A DNA stretch of 64,000 bases from Alphaproteobacteria bacterium (lineage in GTDB: Bacteria; Pseudomonadota; Alphaproteobacteria; CACIAM-22H2), in contig JAWLHE010000001.1 in the NCBI GenBank assembly GCA_041690495.1, positions 11,369 through 75,368 on the forward strand, given 5' to 3'. The notes beneath the pieces were generated by a model. The model did no database searches. It was not told where the DNA came from and saw only the letters and a program-made list of their open reading frames with translations. A program made the translations under genes and the position numbers. Shown in pieces: positions 21,127-30,542 of the stretch (position 1 is its first letter; the number at the start of each line of letters is the position of its first letter).

Positions 21127-22184
21127 AGGTCGATTCGCGTGCCATTGCAGGGTTCCTCAAGCGGCCCGACGCGGCCTGCCGGGCGGTGCTGGTCTGGGGC
21201 GAGGATGCCGGCCTGGTGCGCGAGCGCGGCGAGGCGCTGGCGCGCACGGTCGTCCCGGATCTTTCGGATCCCTTCCGGGTCGCCGATCTGACCGGTGCGG
21301 CGCTGGCCGATGACCCGGCGCGGCTGGCCGATGAGGCCGCCTCCATGTCCCTGACCGGCGGCCGCCGCGTGGTGCGCGTGCGCCACGTGACGCCGGCTCT
21401 GGGCAAGGAGCTCGCCGACTGCTTTGCCGCCCTGCTCAAGCAGGATATTGCCGGCCACAAGCCGGAGGACCTTGCCTTGATCGTCGTCGAGGCGGGGGAG
21501 CTCGACGGGCGTTCGGGTCTGCGCAAGCTGTTCGAGACGGCCCGCAACGCCGCGGCGATCGCGTGCTACCGCGACGAGGCGCGCAACCTCCCCGCCGTGA
21601 TCCGCGATACATTGGCGCAGTACAAGGTCACCGCCAGCGCGGACGCGCTGACCTGGCTCGCCGGCCGCCTCGGCGGCGACCGCGCGGTGACGCGCGGCGA
21701 ACTCGAGAAGCTGGCGCTCTATGTCGGCGCGGGCCACGAGGCGAGCCTCGAGGATGCCCGCGCCACCGTCGGCGACAGCGCCGATATCGGCTTCGACGAC
21801 CTGGCGAATGCGACCGCGGGCGGCGATGTGGCGACGCTCGCGCGCGTCTTCGACAAGCTGACCGCGGAAGGCATGCCGGCAGTGCCGATCCTGCGCGCCG
21901 TGCAGCGGCATTTCACGCGTCTGCACCACTGCGCCGGCCTGGTCGCATCCGGCCAGGACCCGGAAGGGGCCATGATGCGGCTGCGGCCGCCGGTGTTCTG
22001 GAAGGAGAAGGACAGTTTTCGCGCGCAGCTCAGGCGCTGGCCGCCCGATCGGCTGTCGGAGGCGCTGGATCGCCTGCTCGACGCCGAGATCGCCTGCAAG
22101 ACATCGGGGCCGGTGGCGGAGATGCTGGCCGGACAATGCCTGCTGGACATCGCCGCCCGCGCCGGGCGCGGCGCGCGGCCTTGA
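21123..22184 (+). CDS. holA: DNA polymerase III subunit delta (HolA-like)
   Basis: ATG at 21123 (ATGA overlap); 353 aa; HolA-like N-terminus (…VLVWGEDAGLVRE…) and C-terminal helical domain. Confidence 0.75.
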   Translation: MKVDSRAIAGFLKRPDAACRAVLVWGEDAGLVRERGEALARTVVPDLSDPFRVADLTGAALADDPARLADEAASMSLTGGRRVVRVRHVTPALGKELADCFAALLKQDIAGHKPEDLALIVVEAGELDGRSGLRKLFETARNAAAIACYRDEARNLPAVIRDTLAQYKVTASADALTWLAGRLGGDRAVTRGELEKLALYVGAGHEASLEDARATVGDSADIGFDDLANATAGGDVATLARVFDKLTAEGMPAVPILRAVQRHFTRLHHCAGLVASGQDPEGAMMRLRPPVFWKEKDSFRAQLRRWPPDRLSEALDRLLDAEIACKTSGPVAEMLAGQCLLDIAARAGRGARP

Positions 22185-22195
22185 GTGGTTCGCAC

Positions 22196-22345
22196 CGGGC
22201 GCGGCATGTGCCGCTCGCCCGTCCTTCGAGACGCGATTCGCCGCAGCGAAATCGCTCCCCAGGACGAGGCGGTTCGGTTAGTTAGATTTCGTCCTGGGGA
22301 GCGCGCGTTGCGCGCGTTTCGAAGGACGGGCCGCGCGCGCCCGGT
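22196..22345. repeat. mosaic of nested GC-rich inverted repeats (RIME-like intergenic element)
   Basis: gcggca-tg-tgccgc hairpin; 13-bp stem ctccccaggacga/tcgtcctggggag (22256-22301); cgcgcg-ttg-cgcgcg; outer arms cccgtccttcgagacgcg / cgcgtttcgaaggacggg (22218-22326). Confidence 0.6.
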
Positions 22346-22369
22346 CCGGCGCCAACACTGAAAGGATTC

Positions 22370-23065
22370 GTGCGAATGCTGGTCGTCATTCCGGACATTC
22401 TGACCAAGGCCGAGCTGCAGGAGATCCGCTCCAGGCTGCGCGCCGAGGATTTCCGCGACGGCCGCCTGACTGCAGGAGCCCGCACGGCCTCGATCAAGGC
22501 GAATCTGCAGACCGACGCCAAGGCAGAGACGATGCGCGCGCTGCAGGAGCTGGTGCTCGCCGCTCTCATGCGCCATTCGACCTTCATCACCGTCGCGGCG
22601 CCCAAGCGGATCCTGCCGATCCGCTTCAACCTCTACAAACAGGGCATGTATTACGGCGACCACGTCGACAACGCGATCATGGGCGGCACGCCCGGCGAGC
22701 CCGATACGGTCCGGGTCGATATGTCCTTCACGCTCTTCATCTCGCCGCCGGACAGCTACGACGGCGGCGAGCTGGTCATCAAGTCAGGCTATGGGCGTCA
22801 TCCGTTCAAGCTGCCGGCCGGGCAGCTCGTCGTCTATCCGACCTATTTCTTCCACGAGGTAACGCCCGTGACGCGGGGCGAGCGGCTGGCCTGCGTCAGC
22901 TGGCTGCAGAGCATGATCCGCAGCGAGAATCACCGCGAGGTTCTGCTCGATCTGGCCATCGCCTCGCAGGCGATGGCGAGCAAGGAGCCGGCCGGGCGGA
23001 TCGCCGCCGGCAATCTCATCGACAAGGTGCGCAAGAACCTCTTGCGCATGTGGGCCGAAAACTAG
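22370..23065 (+). CDS. PKHD-type Fe(II)/2-oxoglutarate-dependent hydroxylase (PiuC/YbiX family)
   Basis: 231 aa matching the PKHD-type hydroxylase family (HVDN…, FFHEV…GER). Confidence 0.85.
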   Translation: MRMLVVIPDILTKAELQEIRSRLRAEDFRDGRLTAGARTASIKANLQTDAKAETMRALQELVLAALMRHSTFITVAAPKRILPIRFNLYKQGMYYGDHVDNAIMGGTPGEPDTVRVDMSFTLFISPPDSYDGGELVIKSGYGRHPFKLPAGQLVVYPTYFFHEVTPVTRGERLACVSWLQSMIRSENHREVLLDLAIASQAMASKEPAGRIAAGNLIDKVRKNLLRMWAEN

Positions 23066-23075
23066 CCGCGGGACG

Positions 23076-23633
23076 TCACCGCCCGGCGCTGTCGATCCGC
23101 ATCTGCCGGGCGCGGGTGAGGATGGTGTTCTCGAGCTCGGTCGCGGTCTTCGCCTCGACCGCCGCATCGACCCAGCCACCGTTTCCGTCGGAGCGCTGGC
23201 GGAATACCGCCGCCCGGATGCCGTCGGCGCGCAGCTGGCGCCCGAGAATGTAGATGTTGAGCTTGACCCGCTCGGCCGGCGTCTCCGGCGGCGAATACCA
23301 GTCGGTTATGATGACGCCGCCGAACGGGTCGGCCGAGGCCAGCGGCATGAACGAGATCGAGTCCAGCGAGGCACGCCACAGATAGCTGTTCACGCCGATG
23401 CCGCCCCCGCCGGGGTCTTCCTGTTTGCTTCCGCCGAACACATTGAAGCCGTCCTGGCCGAGCAGGCCCTCGTACTGCTTGTTGCTGCCGGTCGGGTCGA
23501 TCCCCTGCCCAGGCTTCTTGTCCGGATAATTATACTCGGTCCTGCCGCTGCAGGCCGCAAGCGCACCGAGCGCCAAGGCGAGCGCCAAGGGGAGAAGGCC
23601 CCGTGCTCTGGTGGACGGATTGCGAATCGACAT
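23076..23633 (-). CDS. DUF3576-like lipoprotein
   Basis: ATG at 23631-23633; lipoprotein signal with lipobox (LALALALGALAAC); upstream part of the 23076..23942 ORF is not coding. Confidence 0.6.
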   Translation of the reverse strand: MSIRNPSTRARGLLPLALALALGALAACSGRTEYNYPDKKPGQGIDPTGSNKQYEGLLGQDGFNVFGGSKQEDPGGGGIGVNSYLWRASLDSISFMPLASADPFGGVIITDWYSPPETPAERVKLNIYILGRQLRADGIRAAVFRQRSDGNGGWVDAAVEAKTATELENTILTRARQMRIDSAGR

Positions 23634-24181
23634 GACGACCTGACCGTATTGAAATGAAGCGGCTCCTCGCCGCGGAGGAATAATAGCGTGGCGCTCTGCT
23701 TTGCAACACTGCTGCGAGGCGAAGCCGGACGCGGGGGGTATATGCCCGCGAAATGTGTCGAGATCAGGGTAAGGCGAACTGCCGCTGGCCTGAATCCGGT
23801 CGGGCAACAGTCCCGGACCGGGTTTCAGCCCCGCCCCGGGACGCCTCGGCCGGAGGGCAGCCGGACACGAGAGCCGAAGCCATTCATAACGAGTCGAAAC
23901 AACCCTGGTGCGAAGATTGCCGCCACCTTTACGTTCACGCAACGATTGCGCCCAGATGGCACTTTCTCCAGATATTTCAGGGCACTATCGAGTATCCTAA
24001 CAGTTCCTTATCGACAGAAGGGGCTAGCGCCCTGTGGCGTAGAAACAACACTGCGCGATTTTCGACACAAATTGCGGTTGGTTTCCTTGACCGGTGCGGG
24101 ACGGCATGGAAAGACTGCTCCGCCTAATGAGAGGCGCAGTCTGGCCGCAAGGCTGGCGAGCACAACTGGAGAGGTAATCAG

Positions 24182-25351
24182 ATGAAGAAACACCTGCTAG
24201 GGACGACGGCGCTGGTGGCGGCTGGCATGTTTGCCATGGCCGACACTGCCGCTGCTCAGACCAAGGTCATGCCGATACAGGTATCGGTTGGCGGCTACTG
24301 GGCCGAGTATTTGAGCTTCACGAGCCAGGACGACGTGGCCGGCGCGACCGGCGATCAGGAAGCCACGCAGTTCGACCAGTATTCCGATAAGGAAATCCAC
24401 TTCAACGGTCGCACGACGCTGGACAACGGTCTGACGGTCGGCTTCCGCGCGGAGCTGGAGGCGAACACCGAGAGCGACCAGATCGACGAGTCGTTCATGT
24501 TCATCGAGGGCCGCTTCGGCCGTGTCGAGCTGGGCGCGATCAACAACGTCCAGTATCGCATGGCGTACAAGGCGCCCGAGGCTCAGACCCGTCCGTGGTC
24601 GAACGAAGGCAACATCTTCAACGTCATGGTGCAGCAGACGGGCTCGCCGACGTTCGACTCGATGCTCGGCACCACGGTGTCGCGCTTCAACGACAACGAT
24701 TCGGAAAAGATCAACTACTACACGCCGCGCTTCGAGGGCTTCCAGCTCGGCCTGTCGTACATTCCGAACTCGTCGCAGGACAAGCAGTCGCCTGATGCCG
24801 TCTCGGCTGCGTACTCGCGCGGCTGGGCCGCTGCCGTCAACTTCGTTCGCACCTTCGGCGCGTTCAGCGTTGCGGCATACGGCGGCTACATGACGTGGCA
24901 GGCTCCGGACGGAGTCGGCTCGGATCCGGACCAGTGGAACCTCGGCCTGCAACTCGGCTACGGCGGCTTCAAGGTCGGCGGCAGCTACGGCAAGATCGAG
25001 GACGGCCGCTCGGGCTCGGCCGGTACCGCCAGCGTTTCGTCGGCCGGCACGGGCGCCAATCGCGTCGAAGGCAGCGCCTTCGACCTCGGCATCATGTACA
25101 CCTTCGGTCCTGCCGCGGTCAGCCTGAACTACATCAACGGCGAGAACGACGACAGCCCGGCGGCTGCGGCGTCGACCGGCGATGATGAGTTCGAGATGAT
25201 CTCGGTGGCCGGCAAGTACACCCTCGGGCCAGGCGTGAGCCTCGAGGCGGCCATCTTCCATGCCGAGCTGGACAACAACGGCTCGGGTGGCACGACGACC
25301 GAAAGCAACGACGCGACCGGCGGCATCGTCGGCGTGGTTCTGGTGTTCTAA
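24182..25351 (+). CDS. outer-membrane porin (alphaproteobacterial Porin_2 family)
   Basis: Signal peptide (MKKHLLGTTALVAAGMFAMADTAAAQ), beta-strand-rich 389 aa with C-terminal aromatic residue (…VVLVF); strong SD ggagagg before the ATG. Confidence 0.85.
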   Translation: MKKHLLGTTALVAAGMFAMADTAAAQTKVMPIQVSVGGYWAEYLSFTSQDDVAGATGDQEATQFDQYSDKEIHFNGRTTLDNGLTVGFRAELEANTESDQIDESFMFIEGRFGRVELGAINNVQYRMAYKAPEAQTRPWSNEGNIFNVMVQQTGSPTFDSMLGTTVSRFNDNDSEKINYYTPRFEGFQLGLSYIPNSSQDKQSPDAVSAAYSRGWAAAVNFVRTFGAFSVAAYGGYMTWQAPDGVGSDPDQWNLGLQLGYGGFKVGGSYGKIEDGRSGSAGTASVSSAGTGANRVEGSAFDLGIMYTFGPAAVSLNYINGENDDSPAAAASTGDDEFEMISVAGKYTLGPGVSLEAAIFHAELDNNGSGGTTTESNDATGGIVGVVLVF

Positions 25352-25373
25352 GCAACGCCAGTTACCGAACTGG

Positions 25374-25404
25374 AAGGGGCGGCTTCGGCCGCCCCTTTTT
25401 TCTT
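25374..25404 (+). terminator. rho-independent terminator of the porin gene
   Basis: AAGGGGCGGC-TTCG-GCCGCCCCTT followed by TTTTTTC immediately after the porin stop. Confidence 0.85.
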
Positions 25405-25437
25405 CGGGGTGCTTGGAGCGCGGGATGTGCGACCATA

Positions 25438-26169
25438 TTGTCGTCGCACGCCAATTCCGACCCCGAGGCCATGAGCCAGGACGCTACAGCCAGAGACATC
25501 GCCGCGAACCTCGCATCCGTTCGGCAGCGCATCACCGAAGCTGCGGCTGCCGCCGGGCGCACGCCCGGTTCGATCGCGCTCGTTGCAGTTGCAAAGACCT
25601 TCGGCGCGGATGCGGTACGCGCCGCGCTGGCCGCCGGTCAGTCGGCGTTCGGCGAGAACCGCGTCCAGGAAGCACAAGGCAAGTATCCGCCGCTCAAGGC
25701 GGCGCACCCGTCACTCGAGCTGCACCTGATCGGCCCGTTGCAGACCAACAAGGTGCGCGATGCCGTTGCGCTGTTCGATGTCATTCAGACGGTCGACCGG
25801 CCGAAGCTCGCCGCGGCCCTGGCGGCGGAGATGAATCGGAGCGGCCGGAGGCCGCGCTGCTTCATCCAGGTCAACACCGGCGAGGAGCCGCAGAAGGCAG
25901 GTATTCTGCCGGACGGCGCCGACGCGTTCATCGCCGAAGCACGCGAGAAGCACGGCCTTCCCGTCGAAGGCCTGATGTGCATCCCGCCGCTCGACGAGGA
26001 GGCGGCGCTGCATTTCGCACTGCTGCGCGAGATCGCGCGGCGCAACGGCCTCTCGGGCCTCAGCATGGGCATGAGCGGCGACTTCGAGACCGCGATCCGC
26101 TTCGGCGCCACCCATGTCCGCGTCGGTTCCGCCATCTTCGGCGCGCGAGCGCTTGCGAAGTCGGCGTAG
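25438..26169 (+). CDS. yggS: YggS family pyridoxal-phosphate-binding protein (PLP homeostasis)
   Basis: Alanine-racemase N-terminal barrel fold; conserved lysine segment (VAVAKTFGAD) and SMGMSGDF motif; start may be at 25471. Confidence 0.9.
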   Translation: MSSHANSDPEAMSQDATARDIAANLASVRQRITEAAAAAGRTPGSIALVAVAKTFGADAVRAALAAGQSAFGENRVQEAQGKYPPLKAAHPSLELHLIGPLQTNKVRDAVALFDVIQTVDRPKLAAALAAEMNRSGRRPRCFIQVNTGEEPQKAGILPDGADAFIAEAREKHGLPVEGLMCIPPLDEEAALHFALLREIARRNGLSGLSMGMSGDFETAIRFGATHVRVGSAIFGARALAKSA

Positions 26170-26217
26170 CTCAGTTTCAAAGGATGAGGCGGAGCGGGCG
26201 GGTGCATCGCGCCGCAT

Positions 26218-26727
26218 TCACGTGCGGATGCAGATGCGGTCTTCCGGTCCAAGTGCGGCGACGAGGGCGAGCGCGAGCTCGCGCGTGACGCCGACGCAGC
26301 CCTCGGTGGGGCCGCCATCATCGCGCGCAAGATGCAGGAAGACGGCGCTGCCCAGGCCCGGCACGACCGGCGCATCATTGTGGCCGAGCACGACGACGAG
26401 ATCGTAGAGCCCGTCTTCCCGCCACATCCGCTCGGCGCTGGCGGGGTACGGCAGGCGGACCTTGCGGTTATAGGCGGGATCACCGGGCGCGTCGCACCAG
26501 CCGTCGTCGCGGGCGATCGCGGCGCAGGGCAATCGCGTTACCGGTGCCGCCAGGCGGTCGCCGCGGTAGAGCACGCCGCGCAGCGGAAAGCAGCCGATCG
26601 GGCTGGCGCCATCGCCTTCGCGTTTATTCCTGCTTGCACCGCTACGGCCGAGCGTCACGTCATGACGCCGCCCGTTCCAGGTCAGGACGCCGCGCCCCGG
26701 CGCCGTGCAAACGACATCAATATCCAT
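26218..26727 (-). CDS. L,D-transpeptidase family protein
   Basis: 169 aa with a YkuD-type catalytic motif (H…GGPTEGCVGV). Confidence 0.65.
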   Translation of the reverse strand: MDIDVVCTAPGRGVLTWNGRRHDVTLGRSGASRNKREGDGASPIGCFPLRGVLYRGDRLAAPVTRLPCAAIARDDGWCDAPGDPAYNRKVRLPYPASAERMWREDGLYDLVVVLGHNDAPVVPGLGSAVFLHLARDDGGPTEGCVGVTRELALALVAALGPEDRICIRT

Positions 26728-26754
26728 GGGCTGCGATCCTACACGGCCGCGCTC

Positions 26755-27600
26755 TCAATGCGAGAGATCGACCTGCGGTGCGGCTTCGCCGCGTTGCATC
26801 GCACGATAGCGATCGAGCCCGCGCATCATCGCCGCGTTGAACCATTGTGCGGGCGGGCCGTCGGGCGACGTGCTTGCGTCCGCTTCCTCGCGCGCCGCGT
26901 CGGCGATCCGGGCGGCGGGCGGCGCCGGCGCCTGGATTGCGGGCTGCACGGGCTGCGCCTGGATGACGCGACCCTTCGACGGGTCGGTCGGCGGCAGCCG
27001 GCGGCCGGCATTGGCAAGATAGTATCCGATCGTGCGGCCCTGGCCGGAGTCTGAGGCGGTCTCGGGCACCGCGGCGGCGGCAGGCTCAGTCTTGGCCGGC
27101 TGTTCGCGCAGTCCTTGCAGATCGGCCGCGAGCTGGGCCAGCGCCTCGGCTCCGGTGCTGGCCGGCGTCTCGGACTCCGCCCCGGCGAGTGCCGCCGCGT
27201 TCGCCGGCGCTGCAGCCAGCTCCGGCGTTGGCGCCGCGCCGGCCGGCTCGTCGCCGTCGAGCAGCGCCAGGACTTGCGCACCGAGATCCGCGCCCTTCAC
27301 CTGTTCGACGATGGCATTGATGGCGGCCGAGGCGAGACCGATCGGCCCGCCAAACAAGGCCCCGCCGACCACGCGGGCCGCGGGCTTGATCGTATCGCCG
27401 GTGATCCAGCGGTAGACCGACGAGACCACCGGAATATGCTGCAGCGGATTGAAGACGGACAGAAAGTCGCTGAAGGTGAGCTCGTCCTCGCCTTCGGCCG
27501 CAGGCGGGTCAGGCGCAAGCGGTCCGCCGGAAACGCGGCGGCCCTCGCCATCCCAGGACAGCGGAGCGGTGCTCGTGAGCGAGGCCGGAAAATCGGTCAT
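26755..27600 (-). CDS. hypothetical protein with conserved N-terminal domain and Ala/Pro-rich tail
   Basis: ATG at 27598-27600 (MTDFPAS…); well-composed N-terminal about 110 aa (FSDFLSVFNPLQHIPVVSSVYRWITGDTIKP…); upstream extension of the ORF overlaps the esterase gene and is rejected. Confidence 0.45.
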   Translation of the reverse strand: MTDFPASLTSTAPLSWDGEGRRVSGGPLAPDPPAAEGEDELTFSDFLSVFNPLQHIPVVSSVYRWITGDTIKPAARVVGGALFGGPIGLASAAINAIVEQVKGADLGAQVLALLDGDEPAGAAPTPELAAAPANAAALAGAESETPASTGAEALAQLAADLQGLREQPAKTEPAAAAVPETASDSGQGRTIGYYLANAGRRLPPTDPSKGRVIQAQPVQPAIQAPAPPAARIADAAREEADASTSPDGPPAQWFNAAMMRGLDRYRAMQRGEAAPQVDLSH

Positions 27601-27792
27601 CGCCCCTGTCACAGCAAGTCCGATGCCAGCCGCAATACCGCGCCTTATCAAGCGGTTAGACAAGGGCCGATCGGGCCGCCCGGCAGGATTTGCCGACCCG
27701 ATCTGCCGATCAGGCGGTTGAACAAGCCTGGCCGGTCCAGTATCTGGAAGGCGCGGCAGCCGGCGCCGCTGACATATTCGGGCGGGAGACCA

Positions 27793-28659
27793 ATGAACGT
27801 TTTTCGCGACTACGACCAGCAGGAACTCGATGCGCAGTACAACCTGCGCGCCCGCTTCACCGACCATCCCAAATACATCGGGCAGTGGCAGCGGCTCGGC
27901 GATGCCGAGGCGGGCAAGCCGGGGTGGAAGCTCGATCTCGCTTACGGGCCGACACCGCCGGAAAAACTCGACCTCGTCGTTCCCGAGCGCGCCGAAGGCA
28001 GGCGCGCGCCGCTGATGGTCTTCGTCCATGGCGGCTACTGGCAGAATCTCGACAAGCGCGATTGCCGGCTGCTTGCGCCCGCCTTCGTCGATGCCGGCGT
28101 CGCCTTCGCCACCATCAACTACACCCTGGCGCCGGTCGCGGGCATGGATGAGATCGTCCGTCAGGCCCGCGCCGCCGTCGCCTGGCTGTGGCGCAATGCA
28201 CCGCTGCTCGGCTGCGATCCCGACCGCATCGCCGTCGCCGGCCATTCGGCGGGCGGGCATCTCGCGGCGATGCTGGCCGCCACCGACTGGACGAAACAGG
28301 GCGGGCTGCCGGCCGACCTGGTGAAGGCGTCATACCCGGTCAGCGGAATCTACGATCTCGAGCCGATCCGGCTGTCCTACCAGAATCCGGTGCTGAAGCT
28401 CGACGAGGGGACCGTCCGCCGCAACTCGCCGATCGGTCTCGAGCCGCGCACCAGGCGGATCATTCTGAGCGTCGGCGAGAAAGAGCCGGACGAATTCCAG
28501 CGCCAGCAGGAAGAATTCGCTGCGGCCTGGAGGAAGAAGGGGGCGTCGGTCGAGATCGTGCCCGCCGCCGGCCTGCACCATTTCGACATCCTCGAGAAGT
28601 TCGGCGATCCCGCTCACCCGATGGGCCGCGCCGCGCTTGCGCTGATGCGCGAGCTTTGA
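27793..28659 (+). CDS. alpha/beta hydrolase (esterase/arylformamidase-like)
   Basis: ATG at 27793; HGGYW oxyanion motif, nucleophile elbow GHSAGGHL, C-terminal His; 288 aa. Confidence 0.85.
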   Translation: MNVFRDYDQQELDAQYNLRARFTDHPKYIGQWQRLGDAEAGKPGWKLDLAYGPTPPEKLDLVVPERAEGRRAPLMVFVHGGYWQNLDKRDCRLLAPAFVDAGVAFATINYTLAPVAGMDEIVRQARAAVAWLWRNAPLLGCDPDRIAVAGHSAGGHLAAMLAATDWTKQGGLPADLVKASYPVSGIYDLEPIRLSYQNPVLKLDEGTVRRNSPIGLEPRTRRIILSVGEKEPDEFQRQQEEFAAAWRKKGASVEIVPAAGLHHFDILEKFGDPAHPMGRAALALMREL

Positions 28660-28888
28660 ATACGCGTCTCAAATGAAACGACCGCATCCTGAGGCGCGAT
28701 TTCGCGATCAGTGAAATCGCGTCTCGAAGGATGGGCCACGGGCACAATACGTTGCAATTCAATGGTGTACGAGCAGATCACCGGTCTCCAACGGCCATTT
28801 CTGCTCAAGGTTGTGTCACCCGCGCTGCCGCCTGGGGCGGCCAGCGGCGGTTTTGCCCCAGGGATACGCCCGTGCTAGAAGCACGCCC

Positions 28889-29569
28889 ATGAACCGGCGC
28901 CGGAAAGTCCTTTTGGTGGATGACGATGCGGCTTTGCGCAGCTCCCTCGCCGAACAGCTCGCCGCCGATTACGACACCGCCGAGGCCGAGACGGGGGCGG
29001 CGGCGCTCGCCGCCGCCAGGGCGGACCGCTTCGATGCGATTCTGCTCGACATCGGCCTGCCCGATGCGGACGGCCGCGAGGTCTGCCGCAGCCTGCGCGA
29101 GGCCGGCGTCAGCGCGCCGATCATCATGCTGACGGCATCGGCCGGCGAATCCGATACCATCGCCGGCCTCGACTCCGGCGCGAACGACTACATCACCAAG
29201 CCGTTCCGCCTCGGCGTGCTGATGGCACGGCTGCGCGCGCAGTTCCGCCAGCACGAGGCTTCGGAGGACGCGGTTTTCAGCATCGGGCCCTACAGCTTCC
29301 AGCCCGGGGCCAAGCTGCTCCTGGAGGGCAGCTCCAAGCGCAAGATCCGCCTGACGGAGAAGGAGGCGGCGATCCTGCGCTTTCTCTACCGCGCCGGCGA
29401 TCCGGTCTCGCGCGAGACCCTGCTGGGCGAAGTCTGGGGCTACAACGCCGGCGTCAACACCCACACCCTCGAGACGCACATCTATCGCCTGCGTCAGAAG
29501 ATGGAGCGCGATCCCGCCAACGCCGAAATCCTCGTCACGACACCGGGCGGATATCGCCTTGTGCCGTAA
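28889..29569 (+). CDS. OmpR-family two-component response regulator
   Basis: ATG at 28889; receiver domain (VLLVDDD…, LLDIGLPDADG, phospho-Asp context) and winged-helix C-terminal (…THIYRLRQK…GYRL). Confidence 0.9.
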   Translation: MNRRRKVLLVDDDAALRSSLAEQLAADYDTAEAETGAAALAAARADRFDAILLDIGLPDADGREVCRSLREAGVSAPIIMLTASAGESDTIAGLDSGANDYITKPFRLGVLMARLRAQFRQHEASEDAVFSIGPYSFQPGAKLLLEGSSKRKIRLTEKEAAILRFLYRAGDPVSRETLLGEVWGYNAGVNTHTLETHIYRLRQKMERDPANAEILVTTPGGYRLVP

Positions 29570-29595
29570 AGCATAACGGGATATCGGAGAGGTCG

Positions 29596-30432
29596 GTGGG
29601 GACTCCTTCGCACCAATTCACCGTCCGCTTCTGGGGCGTCCGCGGGTCAATTCCATGCCCCGGCCCGGAGACGGTGCGCTATGGCGGCAATACCGCCTGC
29701 GTCGAAATGCGCTGCGGCGAGCGGCTGCTGATCTTCGACGCCGGTACCGGCCTGCGGCCCCTCGGCGCCCATCTCGACGCACTCGGCACGGTGAGCGCCG
29801 ACCTGTTCTTCACCCACACGCATTTCGACCATATCTGCGGCTTGCCGTTCTTCAGCTCGGCGTATGCAAAAACCAATCACTTCCAGTTCTGGGCGGGTCA
29901 TCTGCTGCCCGACCACACGCTGCGCTACGTGCTGTCCGAGATGATGATGGCGCCGCTTTTCCCGATCCCGATCAGCGTGCTCGGCGCCGACATCTCGTTC
30001 CATGACTTCCGGGCCGGCGAGACGCTCGAGCCGGGGCCGGGCATCGTCATCCGGACCGTGGCGCTGAACCATCCGAACGGCGCCACCGGCTATCGCGTCG
30101 AATATGCCGGAAAGTCGGTGTGTTACGTGACAGACACCGAGCACGTGCCTGGCACGCCGGACAAGAACGTACTCGGGCTGATCGCCGGTGCTGATCTGGT
30201 GATCTACGATGCGACCTATACCGACGACGAGTATCCCGATCATGTCGGCTGGGGCCATTCGACCTGGCAGGAAGGCGTACGGCTGGCCGACGCGGCGCAG
30301 GTGAAGCAGCTCGTCATCTTTCATCATGATCCCGGCCATGACGACGAAACCATGGATGCGATCGCCGCCGCGGCCGGCAAGGCGCGCCCCGGCACGCTCG
30401 TCGCCCACGAAGGCATGATCCTCAAGCCGTAG
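29596..30432 (+). CDS. MBL-fold metallo-hydrolase
   Basis: GTG start; HxHxDH motif (FFTHTHFDHICG); 278 aa; 26 bp after the response regulator. Confidence 0.85.
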   Translation: MGTPSHQFTVRFWGVRGSIPCPGPETVRYGGNTACVEMRCGERLLIFDAGTGLRPLGAHLDALGTVSADLFFTHTHFDHICGLPFFSSAYAKTNHFQFWAGHLLPDHTLRYVLSEMMMAPLFPIPISVLGADISFHDFRAGETLEPGPGIVIRTVALNHPNGATGYRVEYAGKSVCYVTDTEHVPGTPDKNVLGLIAGADLVIYDATYTDDEYPDHVGWGHSTWQEGVRLADAAQVKQLVIFHHDPGHDDETMDAIAAAAGKARPGTLVAHEGMILKP

Positions 30433-30542
30433 CGGAGCTCTCGCCTGCTGAGAATTTTCTTGGGGCGCCATCCTCGACTTACCCTCTCCCGCGAGCGGGA
30501 GAAGGCGGGGGATGAAGGTCCCGCCGCCGCCAGAGATTTCAC

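Noticed and set aside
27601-28260. Upstream part of the 26755..28260 minus-strand ORF
   Set aside because: Overlaps the well-supported esterase gene on the plus strand; the conserved, well-composed part begins at the Met at 27600
28660-28888. Inverted repeat GAGGCGCGATTTC…GAAATCGCGTCTC after the esterase gene
   Set aside because: Good stem (one mismatch) but no T-run and uncertain function; noted only as a possible structured element
30433-30542. Hairpin tctccc-gcgagc-gggaga after the MBL-fold gene
   Set aside because: Only a 6-bp stem with a 6-nt loop and no downstream T-tract; not convincing as an intrinsic terminator
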